IMG/VR virus record: IMGVR_UViG_3300050146_000027
Span: 11,133 to 75,132 of that record
Origin: a virus
Lineage: Duplodnaviria > Caudoviricetes
Length of the DNA stretch: 64,000 nucleotides
Reading direction: 5' to 3' (one strand)
Positions 38,701-46,924 of this stretch are shown here, piece after piece. The translations under genes and the position numbers were made by a program. Each line of letters opens with the position of its first letter. Within the stretch, counting starts at the first letter, position 1. The notes beneath the pieces are model-generated. The model saw nothing but the letters and a program-made list of their open reading frames with translations, was not told the origin of the DNA and did no database searches.

Positions 38701-40285
38701 TGCCATCTTCAACCAAGGCATCATGCAGAACGTCCGACACACTGCAGGCGGTGTTGATGCAACGTCTGGTTTCACTGTCGGCATGACTGCTGGTCGAGTG
38801 ACCGGCAAGCAGCAGATTGCTCGCATCCTCAGCCGCATGGGCCAAGAAAAGAGCACGGTTGAAACCTTCATGCCTGTGTATGACTCTGTTGGTGAGGTCA
38901 TTGCTCTGGAGCGTTCAGTTGATCCTAAGATCGCTGCCAAGCTCAACAACAGCAAGGACCTTGCTCGCATGATTGGTGTCTGGCGTGGTCGTCAAGTTGA
39001 AGAAGCCACCAGCCAAATCTACAACGAGCAGTTGATCGACAAGCTCAAGGCTATGTACGACGAAGACATGAAAGTGTCTTCTTCAAACAAGGCACAGTAT
39101 GTGAACCTTCTGGACAACAAGACGGCCAAGGGGAACCCAGTCATTGCTGATGCTGTCTCGCTGTTTACCAATGAGACTCTTGACTACATCCGAAGCAAGT
39201 TTGGTCAAGATTTCTGGGTTCGTCGTGACATGGTGCGTGATGCTGTTGGCGAACGCTCTGCTTCGATTGGGGATCTGTGGAGTGGTGTCTCGAACATGTC
39301 AAAAGACAATCGTGACCATCTTCGCAAAGCTCTCGTTGGTGCGCTTGGTATCGACGCATACCGCAAAGTGGTTGGTGCAGAACGTTTGCTGCAGAACTTC
39401 ATGGCTGACATGCGGACACTGATTGTGGTGAAGTCGGTGATTGTTCCGGCTGCCAACTTCGTGTCGAACATCTATCAGCTGATCAGCCGTGGTGTGCCCA
39501 TGCTCTACATTGCGAAGACCATGCCTGCCAAGCTGACTGAGATCGATTCGTATGCCAAGACCCAGCTGCGTCAGATTGAAGCTGAAGCTGAGCTTCGGGC
39601 TGCCACTGGCAATGCCGTTGCTGAGCGTAAATTGAAGGCTGAGATTCAATCGATCAAAGATGCCCACAAGCGTATGAGCATCTGGCCTCTGATCGAAGCT
39701 GGCGAGTTCAGTTCAATTGCTGACGTGGGCATGCAGGCTGAAGACTTGGATCTGACTTCAGGCAAGCTGGCCTCTTACGTTGAACGCCAAGTGGACAAGC
39801 TGCCTGACAGCATCAAAACTGCTGGCCGCTATGCTTTGATCACCAAGGACACTGCTCTGTATCGTGGCTTGCAGAAGTCGGTGCAGTACGGTGACTTTGT
39901 GGCCAAGGCAGTGCTCTTTGATGATCTGACCAAACGTCAGAAGAAGACCAAGGCAGAAGCCCTGGCCCGTATCACTGAAGAGTTTGTGAACTACGATCGG
40001 TTGCCCGGCCGGTTCCGCAGCTACCTGGAGAACTCCGGTCTGCTGTGGTTCTACAACTTCAAGATCCGTTCGACCAAGGTGGCTCTGAGCACGATCCGGA
40101 ACAACCCAGTGCATGCTTTGATGTCGATGACACTGCCTGCTCCGGATTTCTTGGGCAGCATCGGCTCACCCATAAGTGACAACATCCTGGCCAAGTCTCT
40201 CAGTGATTCTCTTGGTTCCTCGATCGGCACTGACATGGCTTTCCGAGCACCAACGCTGAACCCCTGGATGAACATGATCCACTGA
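29705..40285 (+). CDS. Virion-encapsidated RNA polymerase (gp50, ~3,526 aa)
   Basis: Size; motif A YLEADGVTNGP, motif B KRGIAKNPLTITIYGSG, motif C LKIFDGMN; only one Cys in the whole protein. Confidence 0.98.
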   Translation: MADVNSLLNHALSMMSAPTAVDTKKQSVAAAVDEKKSALGKTPDFYQIAAAGSTDAGLASAGELEKDVRTMNQSQLWQKYGDKAPQLFRQMADGQQKFSADMTIDRNAGELFSDSTSGAASSFVGGLGSIAALGTGLVNADAGAALSGAVAKMGEVVQGVQSEGVGAARRVQQARSANTSRDNEQQYNQDVADGSSELVAGLKQFGRDFVDTAGNSTDAAFFAQGTAEAAGSLLSGSPVAAGLRKIGTALMGGAAKQRAVALAAQIDRTTGVASTARVADRARKIGSGAAWPLATAALEGGGAYTGTVNEIMGMTHDQLQEGSPQYRQMLADMVASGVPVADAREQVKVTLANQAGEQAAAIQAPIAGVTGLLTRALEKPFTAPSVRAAARATFVNEPVEEAVQSSTGQLAQNIGVQANANENQNLAKGVGEQGAMGAMFGMTSAGSVQGPAVAGLGARNVYRGAKAAVSAAVEAGKPLYQALIERGDRILRQQEQASPVSDEAITAATNNLNAVAENSTAVMTEALNTAKIDEAVKQSGNQYVSSLVQSLQFDPAELEGAPDYVRQAVGDTTSRAEAAIKLADLVNKSQTDQDALNNAAMLWMLMEPVKAMKEADPEAFASLPKDSPALSLVQQYSQVANSIEANATVRRALRAVEPLLTRAAATIQPVTEESLATPEGQQNVQNAIAVASLHPDKGNLDANEQILTHAAQGKLNLTPDQLNTLKTSVTLLRARAKMEEQIAASGTRRVKDVVSSQIVAGNDPLRKVAKSALQHTQEILSAMRGQNSELATARLEDFGKFVQHMQNKVMALNTHFANGNPNADGVPYQQLQPTGNRDFRLSRDGMFVNTNKGSSIDLAQSAAIEAQILADVYNGLVGTFPELNQATIAAVPLDAALIGDSETLAQGFRDARKPAKAQPVETDNANRNVDGEPSAVVPARDVRVAAGDETVVATPAPTEVVDQGRSEAVPPVVETKQDSTPTPVVEVRDPVPDAVDASEPPASVITTPLDDLYGDNNFARSSFVYPDEATTRLSAEESPIAAVRRALSSETRLSSFLFGSTKRNTLKPETASAYQRLLTDTLAPVVMAVQQQLADFLNSSYSKSVPQTMQEIFLNNIEVPRKSGKPLMGSEMNRLARAKVLNFTQLDSNGNLIYQPQMLEQASLAAMQWLLSSDSFSSVMDESDVAQMTGLSETALQRNPELIEQLTEGMSVAQAKGSLSIKIRKYMGLQSKSTADMAYSNGIINAMAAELLRAMASAGLLEINNTKLTPAVHGVKKDKTFTRIVVKKLDDKEALASFQDAIEVASLVAPEVTNYIGDVTPDVAERQMNNNEVANTTNQKDALSKEQQTPFYVNPAMVSFYTSLGKDNLLALFGTSLDDEEVFNDAHLKSVKSKNNSVTSAFDHLLSVLADVSNVAETAGTALDQTPIRYAYNMSRVGRMQMLGKYGPQASKLVREAILPTRSTLNLSNQNSGSFTAYGLGLAQALGIKVHNQPADVSVTEVMAKLNGGLAPAVEMVREWLSAVDLNRPAEMTAELTTDQVMQLKDAFAAAKADLSMVGLHALVDYARYLASEDQSAFQTSMYLEADGVTNGPINAMALMSIGGFTPAWVNNVSKGGLAFGQPTTMADIRKSDSKDLYQASTDATRARLSELRDSLSQEGTEQMDHLLNLMSLFSPDVIFNPDAKWEDGSLELKRGIAKNPLTITIYGSGQSGIAGKLTGALVDEIYARMSTLLQARKANPDISVADAMFPGDLDAANKLDRFSKSIHALTTLVPVREKGNLLFDAVSQPARKFVPKTFSFTASELETMEANMLELFVKPMRQGIADTVGEPLMQAVATLRDAAQVQSIFLEAMYVQRIDEAMNKKEATDPIWRRGDFLSQAELKKITADLRNISPLVQTGDQTFLITSKQTLDLEGRDLEFGRALDDSLRPDADMFGPGQAGVRAIPMMTIGMGDGMMMQLLAQMGLQGTLKIFDGMNMPLDKIGQYSEQANAAVYESWKGNPHAEMLKTFETFLDNVSEATITPAMLPTLTQTLFSSSERRSMAKTGEVPSNAMIMERIKQLQGNLEWSAKSIDARHAAIESLPVSVDQMAAAGRPYTNGRTTTARMTTDDAVAALNKAYEAAMDGGAVPATAPIASVPAVPKAVASPIDLVGRVAASGVRVLSPTAIESLSRDGMTEAQKAVYSEIRRSNAVQGYKVVAGTAEQLDAFIAETGRSQRPAQEVHGWINVGDKTIYMINPSVETLVHELVHAGSYETVLAHYRGESVSTEVAAAVGRLETLMAEFVETDVSQFDPALRAAYDSAKAAILSANLESDQSVAMAKALNEFMAWGLTNEQLTKDLKSKPAPVLVRLAKGIVAAIKSLICGRKIAPKPADDFLSNLQFNSGVIFRSQPNIAAVVRSGELYHSTAYGNSNRINTIRQTFAQKIVDLLATEKWQRGTKMRQVEVSQAVQEAVLVGLSFNAHGFPMNQQEGTTFRMMLAALATEADIDANSMDRAQELYAHVSKNLTVEDFMADPSSLDPQMRYDAQEKYSVIMGQYLTVKDAKGRSSLLPSFLALATVNDEFRAVLAKMALPKTVKNMDGTLDSILSNAGDSVMDSLSRRLAGDVKGKSVRDSIDNLLEHIRKEAQNEQTFLDQYASVSGGIVDRANEIVTNGLKAASDALLARADAAEKNASNALVKSGARFAKLVALVASEKNGAIISEGLLASTNATKMWEPLRTFISDMVGRTESNANVYDMIKAVRSAVQQTRQQFRDGVPQIINSKFKKKVTPAQWTAMFSTLAKTDLAVLRGSMQHAEIAALISDQAARDTEINKLEAQIQASNPRHWAILSAKMKQLAVFMNTGVPGVNLLRNAEAIGRLLGEQKANNYSLPNATTKTAIDKLVSLYALEALPDATRDTVSSLVQSEADGVSFVVDYLVGQRKEEVRKATGTAMLNAYKGYIPSEQEGGVSMQIASDSEFANLRELGYVRVAPYKGSSVELGQELKSYYYAPLSGRAIFNQGIMQNVRHTAGGVDATSGFTVGMTAGRVTGKQQIARILSRMGQEKSTVETFMPVYDSVGEVIALERSVDPKIAAKLNNSKDLARMIGVWRGRQVEEATSQIYNEQLIDKLKAMYDEDMKVSSSNKAQYVNLLDNKTAKGNPVIADAVSLFTNETLDYIRSKFGQDFWVRRDMVRDAVGERSASIGDLWSGVSNMSKDNRDHLRKALVGALGIDAYRKVVGAERLLQNFMADMRTLIVVKSVIVPAANFVSNIYQLISRGVPMLYIAKTMPAKLTEIDSYAKTQLRQIEAEAELRAATGNAVAERKLKAEIQSIKDAHKRMSIWPLIEAGEFSSIADVGMQAEDLDLTSGKLASYVERQVDKLPDSIKTAGRYALITKDTALYRGLQKSVQYGDFVAKAVLFDDLTKRQKKTKAEALARITEEFVNYDRLPGRFRSYLENSGLLWFYNFKIRSTKVALSTIRNNPVHALMSMTLPAPDFLGSIGSPISDNILAKSLSDSLGSSIGTDMAFRAPTLNPWMNMIH

Positions 40286-40290
40286 CCAAA

Positions 40291-40318
40291 AACAAAGCCC
40301 CACTTCTGGGGCTTTGTT
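40291..40318. terminator. Bidirectional terminator at the late/middle convergence
   Basis: AACAAAGCCCC-ACTTCT-GGGGCTTTGTT between convergent genes. Confidence 0.8.
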
Positions 40319-40503
40319 CATTGGCAGTTGAGGCATGACACGTCATCGCCCATGTCACACATGCAACATTTCATGCTCCCGCAGAACTCACACTTCACCA
40401 ACTCAGTTGGGATGTCATCGTCAGGGTAGTTGTTTGCCTTGCGTTCACGATCATTGAAGCTGCTTCCGCAGCATGGGCATTCGTCGTCAACTTCGGAGCT
40501 CAA
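40318..40503 (-). CDS. Small Cys-rich zinc-binding protein
   Basis: CPCCG...CEFCGSMKCCMC...CLNC. Confidence 0.55.
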   Translation of the reverse strand: MSSEVDDECPCCGSSFNDRERKANNYPDDDIPTELVKCEFCGSMKCCMCDMGDDVSCLNCQ

Positions 40504-40679
40504 AACGTCACCCCCATCCTTTTGAGAGCCTGAAAGATGTGTTCACGTACACCCGATGCAACAGCCGGTTCATCTTCGGTGTGGGCGTTTTGCATCATGG
40601 CCATGAGTGCACAAGCTTCGGCTTGGGTCATTTCCATTTCGATCTTGTAGCTGACAACCTCCTGGACAACAGTTTTCAT
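40500..40679 (-). CDS. Small hypothetical protein (59 aa)
   Basis: MKTVVQEVVSYKIEMEMTQAEACALMAMMQN...; RBS GAGG; manual translation. Confidence 0.55.
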   Translation of the reverse strand: MKTVVQEVVSYKIEMEMTQAEACALMAMMQNAHTEDEPAVASGVREHIFQALKRMGVTF

Positions 40680-40704
40680 CTTGGTTCCTCAAAGTTATAT
40701 CCAG

Positions 40705-40732
40705 AAAAAGAAAAGCCCCCGAAGGGGCTTTT
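40705..40732 (-). terminator. Intrinsic terminator
   Basis: AAAAGCCCC-TTCG-GGGGCTTTT plus a further T run on the minus strand. Confidence 0.8.
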
Positions 40733-40750
40733 CACACTGCCGATCGGAGA

Positions 40751-41203
40751 TCAGCTGTTCTTGGGACGCTGCAGGCCACCGAACAGGCTCTTGGGCGTGG
40801 TGGCCGGAGCTGCTTCGACTTGGGAAGTCGCTTCGGTCTGCTCAGCTTCGCCAGTGACCTGACCAGCCTCAGCTTCTTGGACCACCGAGCCAGTTTCCTG
40901 GGCCGTGGCTGCGTTTTCTTGAGCAGCCGAGGCCTGGGTAGCCGGATCAGGCTGCACTTCGCTGACGGCCTTCACAGCGGCCACCGCGACAGGCTTGATG
41001 TTGGTCGAGCGGGTGACTTGGGCCACAGCCGTGGGGGCAACCTGGCCGGGCTCGATCAGATCGATCGTGGCAGTGATGCCATTGGCACCACGAGTGGCGG
41101 CCAGATCGATGCTGAAGGTGGTGCCTTCGGCCAGGGTCAGGCGAGAGGCGACGTAGTCACGCAGGGCTTGTTCGACTTCAGTTTGGACGAGGGTGATTTG
41201 CAT
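40751..41203 (-). CDS. Conserved N4-like protein with low-complexity C-terminus
   Basis: MQITLVQTEVEQALRDYV...IDLAATRGANGITATIDL...KSLFG. Confidence 0.7.
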   Translation of the reverse strand: MQITLVQTEVEQALRDYVASRLTLAEGTTFSIDLAATRGANGITATIDLIEPGQVAPTAVAQVTRSTNIKPVAVAAVKAVSEVQPDPATQASAAQENAATAQETGSVVQEAEAGQVTGEAEQTEATSQVEAAPATTPKSLFGGLQRPKNS

Positions 41204-41212
41204 GGAAACTCC

Positions 41213-41773
41213 TTAGACTGTATTCAGCAGTCGGATCAGGTTTTGAAATTGCTGGGTGTTGACCCCAGCGTGGATTGCCCCGATGGCATCGGCCATGTGT
41301 TCAGCACTGGAAGCGTTGATCACACCGCCATGCAGAGGCCAATTGGCTGTCGGGTAGTCAGCCACAGCGGCTGAGATCATCTGATCCTTTGTCGCTGTTT
41401 TTGAGTTAGTCATGGCTTTTTTGACTTCACTCGCAGTGACCTCAATGAGCGGGATGTTCTGAGCACGCAAGGCACCAAGTAGACCAACACAAATGCCATA
41501 GGCTTTCATGCCAGCAGCACTTTGTGAGCCCACAGGGGCTTCCACAAAGATGACTTTGGAGGACAGAACCAAAGGAAGAATGTTGCTGAACAGCTTGTTG
41601 GCACGTTCAATGTCATAGCTGTTCACGCGAACTTGCTTCCCCTTTGGTTCATCTCCAGTCTTGATGACAGACAACACAGGCACATCAAGTACCCCTGTTG
41701 CCAGGTCAAGACTGGAGAAGGCCAGTCCCCAGTTGCGCATGCTCGGATCCATCCCTAGAACAGGGACCCTCAC
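41213..41773 (-). CDS. RuvC-like Holliday junction resolvase
   Basis: VLGMDPSMRNWG, IFVEAP, EVKKA...ATKDQMI, EHMADAIGA. Confidence 0.85.
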   Translation of the reverse strand: MRVPVLGMDPSMRNWGLAFSSLDLATGVLDVPVLSVIKTGDEPKGKQVRVNSYDIERANKLFSNILPLVLSSKVIFVEAPVGSQSAAGMKAYGICVGLLGALRAQNIPLIEVTASEVKKAMTNSKTATKDQMISAAVADYPTANWPLHGGVINASSAEHMADAIGAIHAGVNTQQFQNLIRLLNTV

Positions 41774-41776
41774 AGG

Positions 41777-42529
41777 TCAGCTCTTGGGGCCGAACAGGCT
41801 CTTACGAGCTGTTGCAGCAACTTCGCCGGCCTTGGGTGGGGCTGTGCGAGCACCACCAGCAGCACCGTCCTTGATCGTGCGCTTGTCACGAGTCTGACCC
41901 TTGTTGCGTTCGAGCCAAGAATCCCAGAACTTCGCTTCGGTCTGGCCTTGGCGAGCTTCGGCCACAGTCAGCTTCTGTTCAGGGTGGTAGACCTTGTCGG
42001 TCACGTTGATCTCACGGGTTTCGGCCGTGGGCACGTACTCGGCGTCAGCACCGGTGCCGGACTTCTCGTTCTTGTTTTCCAGCACCTTCAAGATGCCCAA
42101 CGAGATGGGTTGGCCAATGGCGGCCACCAGCATGTCGACGCCTTTGGGCAGTTCCTTCTTGGCTTCGTAGTCGTAGAGCTTGATGGTGCGCTCTTCGAAA
42201 GCAGACTCGGACAAGGGAACGCCAGTGGCGATCAGGCAGATGTCGTCAGCGATGGTGAAGCCAGGCAGAGGAACCTTCTTGGTTCTGTCGTCCTTGTTCA
42301 GGAAGAAGTTCTCACCCTTCTTGTTCGTGATCCAGAAGGTCTCACGGAACTCGGTGCCGCTGAAGTCAGCGATCAGGGTCAGAGATGCGGCACCGCCGTC
42401 GGATTTGCCGGCGTACAGGGCTTTGATCTTGCCGGTGTAGATGTCAGTTTCGAGGGGGCGAAAACCGCCCAGACGGTCTTGGGATTCTTCCAGACCTTCG
42501 CTTTTCAGATTGCCAAACAGAGCACTCAT
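41777..42529 (-). CDS. N4-type single-stranded DNA-binding protein (gp45)
   Basis: EESQDRLGG...FRETFWITN...KKVPLPGF...W..RNKG..RD...KSLF. Confidence 0.85.
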   Translation of the reverse strand: MSALFGNLKSEGLEESQDRLGGFRPLETDIYTGKIKALYAGKSDGGAASLTLIADFSGTEFRETFWITNKKGENFFLNKDDRTKKVPLPGFTIADDICLIATGVPLSESAFEERTIKLYDYEAKKELPKGVDMLVAAIGQPISLGILKVLENKNEKSGTGADAEYVPTAETREINVTDKVYHPEQKLTVAEARQGQTEAKFWDSWLERNKGQTRDKRTIKDGAAGGARTAPPKAGEVAATARKSLFGPKS

Positions 42530-42599
42530 GATGCTGCCTTTCGTTGCAGTTGTTGAACAGAGCAGAGAATTCTGCTCCCAGTTCTACGGGAACGGTAGC

Positions 42600-43325
42600 T
42601 TAACCGTAGTACGCCCGCAGTCGTTTGAACACAAGGTCCATGTCGTTGTCGATGTACAGCTCGTTGCGGTTCCAAAGACCCATGGCTGACCGCATTTTGC
42701 TGCCAGCTGTTTCCTTGGTGATCCGTGTACAGAACACGTACTTGACTCCGTCTTCCTTCTCAGCATCGGTGATGGTGAGCAAGTCGTTTTCGATGCCTTC
42801 CAGCTTTTTGACTGGAATCTGCATCGTGCGCAAGATGGTCGTGAAGTCAGCTTCAACGCCAACCTTGCCGACAGCACCCTTCACAGGAACCCGAGCTTCC
42901 ATCATCTGAGCCTGTTCATTCAAGGACTCGTCTTCGTGAGCAAAGATGGTGTAGTTCTTGGTTCCTGATTTGATGGCATGGATCAGATCACGGTAGAAGT
43001 TGCCGTAATCGCCCCATGCAGATTGACCAGTCTTGGTCCCGGCAAAGGGAGCCACGTACTGGCGTTCGTACATGTTCATCAAGAACGTGATGGTGTCAAG
43101 CACCGCACCCGTGACGCCAGGTTCTTCTTCAATCTGGGTCACGTACTCGATCACGTCTTTGGCATCAGCGATTTCGACGCTCTGCATGAAGCGGTCACGG
43201 AATGGGAGTTCCTTCAGATCAGCATTCAAGTAGACCATCGAACTCTGTGGGAGATTCCGAAGTGATGTCGACTTGCCGGTGTTGGGCTTGCCCATCACCA
43301 AGACGATGTTTTTGTTCTGGGCCAT
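42600..43325 (-). CDS. AAA/Sak4-like ATPase (gp44)
   Basis: Walker A GKPNTGKS, VLDTITF, VPVKG...GVEADF. Confidence 0.85.
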   Translation of the reverse strand: MAQNKNIVLVMGKPNTGKSTSLRNLPQSSMVYLNADLKELPFRDRFMQSVEIADAKDVIEYVTQIEEEPGVTGAVLDTITFLMNMYERQYVAPFAGTKTGQSAWGDYGNFYRDLIHAIKSGTKNYTIFAHEDESLNEQAQMMEARVPVKGAVGKVGVEADFTTILRTMQIPVKKLEGIENDLLTITDAEKEDGVKYVFCTRITKETAGSKMRSAMGLWNRNELYIDNDMDLVFKRLRAYYG

Positions 43326-43387
43326 TTGTATTCCTTTGGTTCCGGAGATTGATAACCAAAGAAAGGGATGACGGTGCACCCCCTTCT

Positions 43388-45544
43388 TCAACGTGCGGTG
43401 AATCGTTTAGCCACAGTTACCATGATCGTGCTGTCCAATTCATCTTTGTCCAGCGGAGCATTGAGCTTGCTGTTGAACGCATGTACCTGATGGGTGACCT
43501 CAATCAAATTCATACCGTTGTCCACCAGGGCCAGTGCGTATTTCAGCATCTGGTTGTTGCGATTGCCACTGGCAATGCGAGAGGCAAACCAACGCTCCAA
43601 GTTGTCCAGTGATTGGACTTGTTGGAAGTTTTTGGCGTACTCAGCGTTCTTGCTGGTTTTGGGAATGAATGGCAGTGCATCCAAGGTCATGCCTTCAAGA
43701 TTGAAGTGGATCTCTCCATCAGCAAATGACTCCCACTTGCGTGAGCGTTGATTTGCAGATTCGTCAACCTTGAATGGCAGCCAGCCCACCACGTTTGTCA
43801 TGAACTCCTTGTACTCATCCACATCGAGTGCAAGCTCGTAGTTGATGGGAAGCACCAGTCGGAAGCGGTCACCGTAACCTTCGGTCTGGTGACGCTTCGT
43901 CGTGTAGATCATGTACTTGTAGTCCTTGAGCAGTTCACGCGCGAAATCCAAGTTGTGGCCTTCATCGACATCGATCACGACAAGGTTGAAACCAACCAAG
44001 ACGTTTTCTTCTGCACGATGGCCGGCTTTGAAATGGTGGTTGGCCCAGTGCATGCCTTCAGCTTGAGCGACCACACCCAGCTGATCGAAGGGAACCTTCT
44101 CGCCCAGGTAGCTGTAAGCCCAGTGATCGCTGTAGCTGATGAACATCTCATTGAGATCAGTCTCTTTGAGCTTTTCGCCACGGAAGAACTCGATGCCATC
44201 GACAAACGTCTTCTTGATGATGATGTGCTTCTTGTAGCCCCAGGCCGTAGCCAGGGTCATCATCTCGTTGCGTGCTGCATTGCCGCTCTTGTAGAACGGC
44301 AAGGCTTCCAGCAAGTCAGCGTGAGTGACTTCTTCGTCGATGCTGGCAATATACTTAGCCAGCTTCACGTAGGTCTTCTCACGATTCAAAATGGATTGGA
44401 AAGCAGCACCGCTCTCCTCCACCAGCAGGATGGCCTGCATCAGGTGTTCCATTTCGATCTCGCTGGATCGATCCACGAATGCGTAGGCACCGGCCAGCTT
44501 CAAGGCTTTGAAGTAGCGATGCGAGATCTCGGCCTTGCGGATTTCTTCGTGATCAGCCATCAGATCAGCTGCCTTTTCGCAGGCGATCTTGTACTCCAGC
44601 AGACGAATGCCCACGGGCTCATCAACCGTCATCTTCCAGCCGAAGCGGGCAGGGTCAGCCAGATCATGGAAGTGCATGGACCACTTGTCCACCACACTGC
44701 TGTTGCCAGTCGAGATCAACTTTTGATAGATCTCGGTTGGTGTCATTGTGTTGAAAGCCTTGCGGTCGTGCTGCCCAATTCCAAACAGACAACGACGTGC
44801 ATAGCCGGTGTCGAGGAATGAGTAGAACTGGTCCTCGGTTTGGCCACCATCCAGCAACTTGCTTGGAGTACCGAACAGCAGCATGTTGGTTGGTGTCTTG
44901 CCGTCGATCTCCTCGCCACGAGTGTTTTCAGCTGTGTTCTTGGTGAGCTTTTGCTTTACCAAACCTTGGTCGTACAGCTCCAGGAACAAGGTCAACATGT
45001 CGGTTGCCTCGATCAGGTTAGAACCGATTTCGTCGATCTGCAGATTGATGGATCCGCAGTTGGCCAGACGCAGCTTGTGGATCAACTGCTTGACGGCAGG
45101 TGTGGTACCGCTGTCGAACGTGAAAGGGAATGCACCAGCACGCTTGAACTCGGAGCTGACGCCGTCGAATTCCTCTTGAGCATCGGTACCTTGACGGGCA
45201 GCACGGTCATTGGCGATCTCCCACAGATGCTTTTCAGCAACCACAGGCATGGTGTCTTCCATGAAACGCTTTTTGAAGCCTTTGATGAACTCGTTCTCCA
45301 TGATGTTCACGGAGTGGCCTTTGCCAAAGCCTGAAGTAGCTAAAGCAAGTGCGTAGATGTTCACAGGGACTTCGCCACGATCCTTGGTCACAATGGTTGC
45401 TCGTTGTGAGCTGGCCAACTTGCCCAGGAAGTAGCAAACTTCAACACGGAAGAATCCACGATCGGTGTTGGTGGTCTTGTTGCACAAGACATCGACAATC
45501 TCAGAGACTGCCGAATGATGGGTGACGCCAGCGAGGTCAATCAA
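43388..45544 (-). CDS. DNA primase (gp43)
   Basis: TTG start after AGGAG; SGFGKGHS, LQIDEIGSNL, VIDVDEG, YTTKRH...RFRL, GNRNNQM (PriCT-like C-terminus). Confidence 0.85.
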   Translation of the reverse strand: MIDLAGVTHHSAVSEIVDVLCNKTTNTDRGFFRVEVCYFLGKLASSQRATIVTKDRGEVPVNIYALALATSGFGKGHSVNIMENEFIKGFKKRFMEDTMPVVAEKHLWEIANDRAARQGTDAQEEFDGVSSEFKRAGAFPFTFDSGTTPAVKQLIHKLRLANCGSINLQIDEIGSNLIEATDMLTLFLELYDQGLVKQKLTKNTAENTRGEEIDGKTPTNMLLFGTPSKLLDGGQTEDQFYSFLDTGYARRCLFGIGQHDRKAFNTMTPTEIYQKLISTGNSSVVDKWSMHFHDLADPARFGWKMTVDEPVGIRLLEYKIACEKAADLMADHEEIRKAEISHRYFKALKLAGAYAFVDRSSEIEMEHLMQAILLVEESGAAFQSILNREKTYVKLAKYIASIDEEVTHADLLEALPFYKSGNAARNEMMTLATAWGYKKHIIIKKTFVDGIEFFRGEKLKETDLNEMFISYSDHWAYSYLGEKVPFDQLGVVAQAEGMHWANHHFKAGHRAEENVLVGFNLVVIDVDEGHNLDFARELLKDYKYMIYTTKRHQTEGYGDRFRLVLPINYELALDVDEYKEFMTNVVGWLPFKVDESANQRSRKWESFADGEIHFNLEGMTLDALPFIPKTSKNAEYAKNFQQVQSLDNLERWFASRIASGNRNNQMLKYALALVDNGMNLIEVTHQVHAFNSKLNAPLDKDELDSTIMVTVAKRFTAR

Positions 45545-46553
45545 AATACTTCTCCTTTTGGCTACAGATGGGGAATGCTTCGCAATAGCCACAGCGTTTG
45601 GGCTCCCCGGGTTTGGTAATCAGAACGCCCTTGCCTGCTTTGGACGCCAAAAAAGATTTGGCATCTGCGGCATTGTCAAAGTTTTTCGTTGACCGGCCAG
45701 TTGTCTTGGCCGGGTCTGAGTAGTATTTGTACACAGGATCTGAGATCCACAGTTCTTCATCAGTGCAGTGAGGAACGTCAACTTCATCTGCTTCAGCGTA
45801 TTTCAAGAAAGCAGCCAGCTTGGCTTTGATCCAGGCGTCAGTCTCTTCAATGGACATCAAAGGTACGTCTTTGAATGTGCAGCGGCTTTGCGGGTAATTT
45901 GAATTGGCCTTGGCCATCATCTTTGACCAGTCGGTGAAGATGAAGTTGATGCGGATGAAGTCCTCAGTGATGCGATCAACACCCAGAGGCTGAGTGCATT
46001 CAGCATCTTCAAAGCCGTTGGTGTTGAGCCATCGATAGATGCTGCCTTGCAGCTTGTAGTCATCATCCTTGGTTCCAAACAACCAAGTCATCGCAGTCGT
46101 GGACTTGTTGTCATGCACGATGCCTTCAGCCACCATGTCGAATTTGCCGCCAATGGTGAATTCAATTCCATCCACAGTGACTTTCTTGAAGGCACGCTGT
46201 TCCAGATAAACAGGAATGGTATTCGGCTTCAAGTCACTTACAGCCGGGTTGACCAGCACACGATCAATGACTGCTTGGGGATAGCCCAGCTTTTTGAGAT
46301 TCTTGTTCTTGGCATTGACCCATGATTTTTCAATGGAGTCGTGCAAAGAGTGGCCCATGGCACGAGACACAAAGTCCGCAAGATCCATTTCACGTTCAGC
46401 TGAGGGCACACGATCAGGCAGAACCAAGTGACGAATTGGCTTCATCAACTTGGTGGCTGAAACGTAGTTGTCTGCCTTGACATAGTCGTACTCGTCATGT
46501 ACCAGCCACACAGCCAGTGCGAGAGGGATGTTGCTGTTGTTCGTGATGTTCAT
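45537..46553 (-). CDS. PD-(D/E)XK exonuclease (gp42 homolog)
   Basis: IGGKFDMV...HDNKST...QGSIY and terminal RCGYCEAFPICSQ. Confidence 0.8.
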   Translation of the reverse strand: MNITNNSNIPLALAVWLVHDEYDYVKADNYVSATKLMKPIRHLVLPDRVPSAEREMDLADFVSRAMGHSLHDSIEKSWVNAKNKNLKKLGYPQAVIDRVLVNPAVSDLKPNTIPVYLEQRAFKKVTVDGIEFTIGGKFDMVAEGIVHDNKSTTAMTWLFGTKDDDYKLQGSIYRWLNTNGFEDAECTQPLGVDRITEDFIRINFIFTDWSKMMAKANSNYPQSRCTFKDVPLMSIEETDAWIKAKLAAFLKYAEADEVDVPHCTDEELWISDPVYKYYSDPAKTTGRSTKNFDNAADAKSFLASKAGKGVLITKPGEPKRCGYCEAFPICSQKEKYFD

Positions 46554-46612
46554 GGAACACTCCATATTAAATTGAAAGACCGCAGCCCAGAGAAAGAGCT
46601 GCGGTCTGGGGG

Positions 46613-46924
46613 TCACGCTTCGCGTTCAGCTTTGCGCAGAATTCGGCCCGAGTAGTGGACCATCTTTTGCGCAGCACGCAATGGGGTGTTGCCCATTTTG
46701 CCAGTGCCTTGGCGGGCATTGGCAGTACGCCAGATCTCCTTGAAGATATTCGCTTCATCAGGGCTGAGGGCGAGAGCATCCATGATGTCTTCGCACTCGG
46801 CCTGATAAGGAATTTGCTCTTCACGTTGGGGGTGATCTACCTTCACAAGGTAGTAGTTCACACGGCCCCCGGAGATTTCGCCTTCAATCGCCTTTGGGGA
46901 CGGCTGCAACGATGGAGTCGACAT
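46613..46924 (-). CDS. N4 gp41 homolog (DUF3310-like)
   Basis: SGGRVNYYLV...YQAECEDIMDAL...EANIFKEIWR...QKMVHY. Confidence 0.7.
   Translation of the reverse strand: MSTPSLQPSPKAIEGEISGGRVNYYLVKVDHPQREEQIPYQAECEDIMDALALSPDEANIFKEIWRTANARQGTGKMGNTPLRAAQKMVHYSGRILRKAEREA

Noticed and set aside
8454-39667. Long antisense ORFs opposite late genes (e.g. 8454-9272, 17933-18982, 21401-22363, 31571-33025)
   Set aside because: Shadow ORFs from biased codon usage of the real genes; no RBS or motifs.
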